63,042 bases of DNA from Kiritimatiellales bacterium (lineage in GTDB: Bacteria; Verrucomicrobiota; Kiritimatiellia; Kiritimatiellales; Pontiellaceae). Position numbers and translations under genes: made by a program. Below, one piece after another: positions 56,466 to 63,042 of the stretch. Numbering within the stretch: position 1 is the first letter of the stretch; each line of letters begins with the position of its first letter. Under the pieces are notes generated by a model, which saw only the letters and a list, made by a program, of their open reading frames with translations, made no database searches and had not been told where the DNA came from. The stretch lies in contig DAOUQA010000001.1 of NCBI GenBank assembly GCA_030625905.1, forward strand, positions 1 to 63,042. The letters are read 5' to 3'.

Positions 56466-57452
56466 CTAGTAGCGCCGGGTCTTTGGCATCATTTCCTCAA
56501 CGAATGCATCCTCGCTTGTTGGATCGAAGCGGGATTGGTTTTTCTTTTTCCATTGCTGGAAGGTATCCGGTCGGCGGTATTCCTGTTTCGGTTCGCTGTA
56601 GCTACCCCATTGCTGTTGCCGTTGCTCGCGTTGCGTCTGATAGGGGCTTTTATATGGCACATAGCCACCCGTGTGCGGTTGCCGCTGCGAACCCGACCCA
56701 TACGAGCGGTCGGTCGCTGATCCTGCTGCACGCGGGAATGAGCTTTGCCGCCGTTCCTGGTTAAAGGTTGGATCGAAGGTTTTCCCGCGCGACGGATCCT
56801 GCCCCGGGGGAGACCCAAAAGTCTGGGTCTCCTGTTGCGGGAAGCCCGGTCGCACGCCCTCGACGGAAGAGGCGCGGGGATCGTGCGGGTCGAATATTCC
56901 CTGCCTCGTCGAGTCGTAGCGGCCGGGTTGCTGCTCGGAGGAAGAGTCCTGGTTGCGCCAATTGAACCGGCTTTCGCGCTGCGAGCCGGTGGGCGAAGAG
57001 CCGCGTTTCTCCGTTCCCCAGTCCGTCCAATCGGTCTTCTTTGGTTCGTCTTTGAACCCCTTCGGGGCAAAGGGATCGTCCACGGCATATGGATCGTCCG
57101 GAGCAAAGGGATCGGCATACGGATCCTCCGCTTCAGGTTCTTCCGACAACAGCCAGTTCTGGTTTTCCACAAGCGGAACCGGTGGTGGCCGCACGGGTGG
57201 CGGCATCACCGCGCCCGGTTCCTGTCGCTCCAGATCCACCTGCGGCTCCTTGAACTTTTCGGAGGCGAGAACGTCCTCGTCTTCGGCAGATGCACCGGGA
57301 ACTACCTCGTCGCTATAGGTAATATCCATGCGTTCCCGAAGATACTTGCGCGTGATGCGCCGCTTGCGCTCCTCCATGGTTTCCTCCCGCGCATTGACGC
57401 ACAAAGGCACCAAATAGACGAAAAGCAATAGAATCTGGACGCTCCGTTTCAT
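56466..57452 (-). CDS. Exported low-complexity (Pro/Gln/Asp-rich) hypothetical protein
   Basis: Signal peptide MKRSVQILLLFVYLVPLCVNA; composition suggests disorder; fills the intergenic gap. Confidence 0.7.
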   Translation of the reverse strand: MKRSVQILLLFVYLVPLCVNAREETMEERKRRITRKYLRERMDITYSDEVVPGASAEDEDVLASEKFKEPQVDLERQEPGAVMPPPVRPPPVPLVENQNWLLSEEPEAEDPYADPFAPDDPYAVDDPFAPKGFKDEPKKTDWTDWGTEKRGSSPTGSQRESRFNWRNQDSSSEQQPGRYDSTRQGIFDPHDPRASSVEGVRPGFPQQETQTFGSPPGQDPSRGKTFDPTFNQERRQSSFPRAAGSATDRSYGSGSQRQPHTGGYVPYKSPYQTQREQRQQQWGSYSEPKQEYRRPDTFQQWKKKNQSRFDPTSEDAFVEEMMPKTRRY

Positions 57453-57613
57453 GATCGGTAAGCTACTTCTTGCATATCAGACCCGTCAACGCCGCAATAC
57501 GTTTAAAGTTTCGGCGCGGAAAAGCCCCGTGCATGATTCGAAAATCCGTTCCTGCTCACCGTTCTACGGCCTCGGTGGCCTCAATATTTATGGAATGTCG
57601 AATTTTTAAGCAT

Positions 57614-59254
57614 TCACCGGGTCGTATCGATGGCGTAGAGGTAGCGCTTGATCTTTTGTGTGGTGGTTTTCTCGAACTCCTCGAACCGAACCTCGATCTT
57701 GCGCGGACGCTTGTAGCCCGAAAGATCCGTAAGTTTTTCGCGGATATCCCCGTTCACTAGATCCTCGATTTGCTGGTCCGTCAGGCGCTTGCCCTCGCGA
57801 TCCTCCATGGTATCGAACACCTCCTGGTTCGGCACGGCAATCAGGCCGACACGCTCGCCAGCGTCCTCGTTGGGCTCGCGATAGCCGAGCGCCAAGCATT
57901 CGAGCACATAATCGCTCTTCAGCACCTGCCGCTCCACCTCCTCGGGATAGATGTTCTTGCCTTCGCGGTTGACGATCAGGCTCTTCTTCCGGCCGCTGAT
58001 GACGAGATAGCCTTTTTCATCGATGTGGCCGAGGTCCCCGGTGTAGTACCACCCATCTTTCAGCACCTTTTCGGTCTCTTCGGGGTTGTTGTAGTAGCCC
58101 GACATCACATTGTCGCCGCAAGCAATAATCTCCCCCGATCCCTTCTCATCGGGATCCGCAATCTTGATTTCAACCCCGGGAAGCGGAAGCCCCACCGTTC
58201 CAATCCTTGGAGCCGACATCGGATTGAGCGTCAGCACCGGCGCGGTTTCCGTGACGCCATAGCCCTCCACAATCCGAAACCCCAGCTTGCCCCAGCCCCG
58301 GAGCGTGGCGGGACTGATCGGCGCGCCGCCCGAAATAATCAGCCGCAACGAACCCCCCAGCCCCTTGTGGATCTTCCTGCCCACCACCTTGGACAGGCCA
58401 ATGCGACACATGAGCTTCGCCGGTTTCTTTCCATTGATCCCGGCCTTGATGCGCCCGAGCATTTTTTCGAGCAGCAACGGTACGGCGATCAGAACCGTTG
58501 GCGAAGTCTCAGCCATGTTGGCTTGGATGGTTTTCAGGTTCTCGACCAAGCTCACCTGGCACTGAATATGGACGGGCAGAAGCAGCATCGTCGTGAAAGC
58601 GAACGAGTGGTGCAGCGGCAAGACCAGTATGAAATTATCGGTTTTACGGATATCGAGCTCGGCGGCAATACTCTCCACATTCGACATGAAGTTCCGGTGC
58701 GTCAGCACCGCGCCCTTCTGCCGACCCGTCGTCCCTGAGGTATAGATGAACGAGGCCGGCGAATCCTCCGCAAGCTTCCGTCTGCCATACGCCCGCGCCT
58801 CCGACATCGCTACATCGGTGATCTCGCGCCTCAACGACTCGTAGTCCCAGTGGCCGGCCGGAAGGGTGCCGTTGCCGGAATCAAGCACCACCACTTTCGC
58901 GTTGGCAAACGCATCCGCATTCTTCGCCGAACAAAACACCGCCGAAACACCGCAGTCGTGGAAGATATGCGACATTTCCATCTCGCGCAGCTTCACATCC
59001 ATCGGCACGGCAATTGCGCCAATGCCCACAATGCCATAGTAGAGCTCGTACCACTCCGGCGAGTTTTCGAGAACGATCGCCACGCGATCACCCGCCTGCA
59101 CCTCCAGCTTGGCCAGCATTTCCGACACCTGCCACGCCCGCCCGCACAGTTCCGAAAAAGTGCGCGTGCACCATGTGCCACCGCGCTTGTATTTCAGTGC
59201 CACCGCCTCCGGGCTCTCGTTCGCCGCCCGGGACAGGCTCTCATGGATCGTCAT
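57614..59254 (-). CDS. Long-chain fatty acid--CoA ligase (AMP-binding)
   Basis: YTSGTTGRQKG, EGYGVTET, YTGDLG, GRKK. Confidence 0.93.
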   Translation of the reverse strand: MTIHESLSRAANESPEAVALKYKRGGTWCTRTFSELCGRAWQVSEMLAKLEVQAGDRVAIVLENSPEWYELYYGIVGIGAIAVPMDVKLREMEMSHIFHDCGVSAVFCSAKNADAFANAKVVVLDSGNGTLPAGHWDYESLRREITDVAMSEARAYGRRKLAEDSPASFIYTSGTTGRQKGAVLTHRNFMSNVESIAAELDIRKTDNFILVLPLHHSFAFTTMLLLPVHIQCQVSLVENLKTIQANMAETSPTVLIAVPLLLEKMLGRIKAGINGKKPAKLMCRIGLSKVVGRKIHKGLGGSLRLIISGGAPISPATLRGWGKLGFRIVEGYGVTETAPVLTLNPMSAPRIGTVGLPLPGVEIKIADPDEKGSGEIIACGDNVMSGYYNNPEETEKVLKDGWYYTGDLGHIDEKGYLVISGRKKSLIVNREGKNIYPEEVERQVLKSDYVLECLALGYREPNEDAGERVGLIAVPNQEVFDTMEDREGKRLTDQQIEDLVNGDIREKLTDLSGYKRPRKIEVRFEEFEKTTTQKIKRYLYAIDTTR

Positions 59255-59375
59255 ATTGCGCTCCCTTCAATATTGATGGATTTTGCCACACGCCATACCG
59301 CAGGGCAAATATTTCCGAGGATTGCGGCGTGTTAGTTTCACCTGTCATGACCTATTGCAACTCTCATGTAACAAC

Positions 59376-59786
59376 TCAGAATTTCCACCCTTTGGAAACG
59401 AAAACCTCATCGAAGAGCGTAGGGGCGATGGGGCGACCGTCGCGGGTGAGTACGGCGAAGACCTGCGCCTCCAGCACCCGCTTGCCATCAGCCTTGCGGA
59501 CGATGGCTTGGTCGAAAACAAAACGAAGGCGCCCCTGCTTGCGCATGCCAAGCTTGACAATAAATATGTCGCGCGGCCGAAGCGGCAACTTGTAGTCCAT
59601 TTCGATACGGGTTACGACGGCGTCGATCCCGTCCGCGCAGAACTGGGCAAAGTCAATGCCGGTTGCTTGCAGAAATTCGTGGCGGGCGTGTTCGAGATAG
59701 TTTTGGTAGACGGCGTTGTTGACGATGCCCTGCAAATCGCACTCGTAGTCGCGCACCATCATTTCGGTTTCAAATACATAGCTCAT
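59376..59786 (-). CDS. Acyl-CoA thioesterase (YbgC/4HBT hot-dog fold)
   Basis: VRDYECDLQGIVNNAVYQNYLEHAR motif; start MSYVFE at 59786. Confidence 0.92.
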   Translation of the reverse strand: MSYVFETEMMVRDYECDLQGIVNNAVYQNYLEHARHEFLQATGIDFAQFCADGIDAVVTRIEMDYKLPLRPRDIFIVKLGMRKQGRLRFVFDQAIVRKADGKRVLEAQVFAVLTRDGRPIAPTLFDEVFVSKGWKF

Positions 59787-59798
59787 GGGGGTTGCCTT

Positions 59799-60913
59799 AG
59801 GGGTCAGTCCTTTGATATTAGTGTTTTTTTCAACTCGAAGAGAGTTCCCTCGCTTGCCTTCTTCACATTCCCGACAAAAGTCGACACATTGCAGGAATGC
59901 CCACAATGCAAGTGCTCTGTTATCCACTGGTTGCTCACAATCGTACGAGATCGAAGATGCCACGCCATCACCTGCTTTTCCGGTGCGTTCTTCCGCATAT
60001 CTTTCAGCGCATCGGACTCTATGCCGAGCACGGCCAACCCCTCGCTCAATAAGCGAGTGGCCGCCATCTCATCATGCAACCGCGCCTCTTCCCCGCTAAA
60101 CGATTCTCTTTTACCGGTTTTACCAATCACCCCATCTAGCCGCTCCAACATTTCGGTACGAAATAGATGATCTCCAAAACACCAGCCCCGGCGAATCTTC
60201 GCCCATTGCGCATCCACGTCCCGAGGCGCATCGCTGCCCGCGATCTCTAGCACCCGCTTCTGCATCACCCGGCGGAAGCGCTCCCTACCGCCCCGATCAT
60301 CCTCTAGCCCCAACGCACCCAGCGTGCGATCAACCGCCAGCCAATCGGGTCGCTTCGTCGGCTTGAAATAAAGCGGATAGCTACTCCACCGGTAATCCGT
60401 CAGCTTCCCCTCCCCAAGATCAAAAAGCTTCGCCCGCGCCGGGTTCAAATGAATATAGCTACTGGCCGTCGAAAAATACTCGCCCCCCGAACCATCCACC
60501 AACAACGCCTTGTAGCGCCCCTGCAGCAAATGCCCCCACAGCTTGTGCCGGGCATTGAACCGCTGCGTATACGTTCCCTGCAACCACTTCATACCCGCCA
60601 CCAAATTCGGCTCCGGCGTCTCCAGCAACAAGTGATAGTGATTCCCCATCAAAACGAAGGCATGCACCAACCAACCGGTTTTTGTGCATGCCTCATCCAA
60701 CGTATCGATAAACCTCTCGCAGTCCCTTTCATCCAGGAAAATCGCGTCCCCACGATTTCCTCGGCTCATGATATGATAAATCGCTCCCCGATACTCTATG
60801 CGTGGTTTTCTTGGCATCCCGAGAACCTATCCCAACTCCCCCGCCGCGTCAAACACTAATATAATAGGACTGACCCCTTTTCCAACACTAATATAATAGG
60901 ACTGACCCCTTTT
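59799..60913 (-). mobile_element. Y1/HUH (RAYT-like) transposase unit bounded by GGGGTCAGTCC inverted repeats
   Basis: Left IR 59799-59826 matches the reverse complement of 60851-60878 at 26/28 positions; the right IR is tandemly duplicated (60884-60913). Confidence 0.8.
59804..60817 (-). CDS. Y1 (IS200-like/REP-associated) tyrosine transposase with a C-terminal extension
   Basis: YHIMSRGN, LMGNHYHLL (HUH), GHLLQGRYK, YIHLNP (catalytic Tyr), YRWSSY. Confidence 0.93.
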   Translation of the reverse strand: MPRKPRIEYRGAIYHIMSRGNRGDAIFLDERDCERFIDTLDEACTKTGWLVHAFVLMGNHYHLLLETPEPNLVAGMKWLQGTYTQRFNARHKLWGHLLQGRYKALLVDGSGGEYFSTASSYIHLNPARAKLFDLGEGKLTDYRWSSYPLYFKPTKRPDWLAVDRTLGALGLEDDRGGRERFRRVMQKRVLEIAGSDAPRDVDAQWAKIRRGWCFGDHLFRTEMLERLDGVIGKTGKRESFSGEEARLHDEMAATRLLSEGLAVLGIESDALKDMRKNAPEKQVMAWHLRSRTIVSNQWITEHLHCGHSCNVSTFVGNVKKASEGTLFELKKTLISKD

Positions 60914-60925
60914 CTGGCTCTTTAT

Positions 60926-60979
60926 AAAGTGTTACCTATGTACCCGGTATATCTGTTACCTATGTATCCGGTTCAGACC
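60926..60979. mobile_element. Orphan IS481-like end fragment
   Basis: Two 24-bp-spaced copies of TGTTACCTATGTA(C/T)CCGG, the repeated-end pattern I associate with IS481-family termini; no transposase. Confidence 0.5.
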
Positions 60980-61056
60980 TTGCGCGAATGCATGAGATTC
61001 GCGGCAGGGGAGGTTTGTTCAAAACAGGGCGGATTTGCCATGTTTGCCGCCAAGCC

Positions 61057-61086
61057 TTGACAAAACCCCACTTTCCACTATACATT
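61057..61086 (+). promoter_or_regulatory. Candidate sigma70 promoter
   Basis: TTGACA-N18-TACATT upstream of ORF 61204. Confidence 0.45.
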
Positions 61087-61203
61087 TTCTCATGAAGCCG
61101 CTCTTTAAAACGATCTTTCGGGGCGCGTGCCCCAATCGCCTAAAAAGCGATTTCCTATCAATTATGGTCGATGTATGTCCGTTGGCCTGAAAGGAGTTGG
61201 TAA

Positions 61204-62109
61204 ATGAAAATTCTCACCCTAGTTTTTCTCTTGGTCGCAACAGGTTGCGCAGTAGATGAATCGGCCTTGATAAATCAGAAAAAGGGTGTAAATCGAAGCC
61301 AAGTTATTTGGAACTCGTACGGCACGTACGCCGGAGAACCTCGTAAAGGCAACGGTTTGGTGAATATGGACCGGCTCATTGCTGAGTTGGTGGAGAGTAA
61401 TGTAAACACATATAATTGGCTGGTTTGGCATAAAAAAACCGATTGGGAAGACCTTAAGGTTTTCCTTCCGTTGGCTCGTGAAAAAGGAATTAACGTTTGG
61501 GTTACCATTGCTCCGCCATCGGAATCGCCACCGCGTACAAAACGTTTTTCGGAGCCATTCCGATTGGACTTTGAGAAGTGGGGAGAGGAAGTCGGTAAGC
61601 TGAGCCTTCAGGAGTCAAATTTGGTGGCATTGAGTATTGATGATTTCACTCATAATCTGAACATCCTTACTCCGGAGCTAATGAAAAAAACCTTAGACAA
61701 GGCACATGAATACAATCCGAAACTGGCGTTTGTCCCCTGCTCCTATTTCCCGAGAATTACAGAAGAATTTATACGCGATTATGGAGGTATAATCGATGGA
61801 ATTCTGTTCCCCTACCGGTATGAGTCGATCCGGGCGAATTTGACCGACCCCTCTCTGGTTGCAGAGGAGGTCGCGCAGATCAAAGCGATCACTGGGCCGG
61901 ATTTACCAATCATCCTTGATGTTTATGCCGCAGGACACAGTAAGCTTGGAAAGTCAACGCCTGCATATGTTGAAGAGGTCATGCTGGCGGGGAAAGAACA
62001 CGCTGATGGTGTTCATATTTATTACCATCAAGATAAAAACAAGTACCCGAAAAAGTACAATATCATCAAGAATCTCTTCACCGAATGGGCAGCGGAAGCG
62101 GCGCAGTAA
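61204..62109 (+). CDS. Lipoprotein, putative TIM-barrel glycoside-hydrolase-like
   Basis: Lipobox VATGC; AAGGAG RBS; alternating beta/alpha pattern with LSIDDF; AT-rich. Confidence 0.6.
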   Translation: MKILTLVFLLVATGCAVDESALINQKKGVNRSQVIWNSYGTYAGEPRKGNGLVNMDRLIAELVESNVNTYNWLVWHKKTDWEDLKVFLPLAREKGINVWVTIAPPSESPPRTKRFSEPFRLDFEKWGEEVGKLSLQESNLVALSIDDFTHNLNILTPELMKKTLDKAHEYNPKLAFVPCSYFPRITEEFIRDYGGIIDGILFPYRYESIRANLTDPSLVAEEVAQIKAITGPDLPIILDVYAAGHSKLGKSTPAYVEEVMLAGKEHADGVHIYYHQDKNKYPKKYNIIKNLFTEWAAEAAQ

Positions 62110-62238
62110 ACGAAGAGAAATTGATGGTGCATTTCGGAGAATCTTTCGACGCAGTTAAGCCTGCCTGAATATTTTACAGTTCCATTGAGTTGTTTGGCAT
62201 TTGCAGAAAAAGGGACCAGTCCCGTAATCTAGTATTTC

Positions 62239-62297
62239 TCTTCTCGTTGCGGATCAGGCGCGGCTATTTGCCATCGCCTGCATCCGGCTTGTTAGGA
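62239..62297 (-). other. attC-like site (integron cassette recombination site), degenerate R'
   Basis: Minus strand TCCTAAC (R'') AAGC CGGATGCAGGCG..CGCCTGATCCG (L boxes with one unpaired G) CAAC G|AGAAGA; 59 bp; overlaps the upstream gene's stop. Confidence 0.7.
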
Positions 62298-63042
62298 GGT
62301 TTTATCTTCTCTTTCCCGTTAGAGGCTGAATGGAATTCCAACACGGCTAGAATCGGGCGATGATCAGATGCGGTCGCTTCATCTAGTACTTTGGTTTGAA
62401 CAATTTTCCAATCCTCCAAGGGACGATAGAGAATATAATCAATTTGTTTGGAAGGATTCTTTACTGGAACAGTGAAAAGGTCTTTCTGGTGAGTTGCATT
62501 CAACCACGTCTTTTCGAATGCCAGCATAGTAGGGCTTCCTGGGGTAGCGTTTATGTCTCCTGCAAGTATAATCGGAAGGTCTTTGTATGACTTTAATCCT
62601 TTTTCAATGAAAGCCAGAGAACTGAGACTTAGTGTCTTTTGGGCGTCAAGATGAGTTGCCACAAAGATAAAATCCGATCCCTTGCCCGGTGCCTTGAGAG
62701 TTACACATAAGGCTGAGCGTGGTTCGCCAGGCAGAGGAATTACCTTTGATTCTTTGACTGCAAGGGTTGTAAGTACAGCATTGCCATATTCGCCACCGTC
62801 GTAAGCCATTGAAGATCCATATATATACTTCATGTTTGTAAGACGAGCTAACTCCTTTGCCTGATCAATTCCTTTGCTTCGTCTGGTTTTGTTGTCAACT
62901 TCCTGCAAGGATACAACGTTAGGAGATGCAGAGTTAATAACTTCCGCAATTCGTTCCAAATCAAACTGTTGATCTATTCCTTCGCCATGGTGAATGTTAT
63001 AACTTAAGACTACAATACGATTCTCTGACCTGGCATCTCTAA
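62264..63042 (-). CDS. Endonuclease/exonuclease/phosphatase-family protein, partial (5' end outside the window)
   Basis: LSYNIHHGEG, LQEVD, YGNAVL, ATHLD, AGDIN, QIDYI, ASDHRP; the frame stays open to the window edge. Confidence 0.92.
   Translation of the reverse strand, partial: RDARSENRIVVLSYNIHHGEGIDQQFDLERIAEVINSASPNVVSLQEVDNKTRRSKGIDQAKELARLTNMKYIYGSSMAYDGGEYGNAVLTTLAVKESKVIPLPGEPRSALCVTLKAPGKGSDFIFVATHLDAQKTLSLSSLAFIEKGLKSYKDLPIILAGDINATPGSPTMLAFEKTWLNATHQKDLFTVPVKNPSKQIDYILYRPLEDWKIVQTKVLDEATASDHRPILAVLEFHSASNGKEKIKPPNKPDAGDGK

Noticed and set aside
59787-59963. N-terminal extension of the thioesterase ORF into the transposase
   Set aside because: Alternative-frame read-through across the IR; the thioesterase motif starts at Met 59786.
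60851-60979. Short direct repeats as a possible CRISPR array
   Set aside because: Only two copies of each, no spacer-length unique sequences and no cas genes; better explained as element ends.

Overview
A GC-rich bacterial chromosomal window, most likely PVC superphylum (Kiritimatiellota/Verrucomicrobiota-like). That assignment is inferred from the PEP-CTERM proteins, the secretin type, the tandem NDK, the histone H1-like protein and the WecB-STAS fusion. Housekeeping genes dominate: a partial secretin, trpC, a frameshift-free prfB, lnt, nrdR, ndk, murA, gyrBA, a TCA cluster (sdhCAB-CBS-korAB-sucCD-gltA with a divergent malic enzyme), serS, hemL, secA, tilS and ftsH. No rRNA, tRNA or CRISPR array was recognised. 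The most notable observations are: (1) a sigma54-promoted protein that looks integrase-derived, with a duplicated N-terminal domain in place of the catalytic domain (32745-33727); (2) a LuxR/PEP-CTERM module in which two dissimilar PEP-CTERM genes share a ~135-bp upstream cassette containing a 7-2-7 palindrome near -43.5 and a conserved leader hairpin (42769-47602); (3) a Y1/HUH (RAYT-like) transposase bounded by GGGGTCAGTCC inverted repeats, with a related repeat abutting a 59-bp attC-like site of an AT-rich cassette-like gene (59799-63042); (4) a 51-bp REP doublet inserted in frame in tilS; (5) a 35-bp duplication that creates a 12-codon mini-ORF coupling sucD to gltA; (6) several collapsed gene remnants. 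All functional calls come from motif recognition by eye; no database searches were run.
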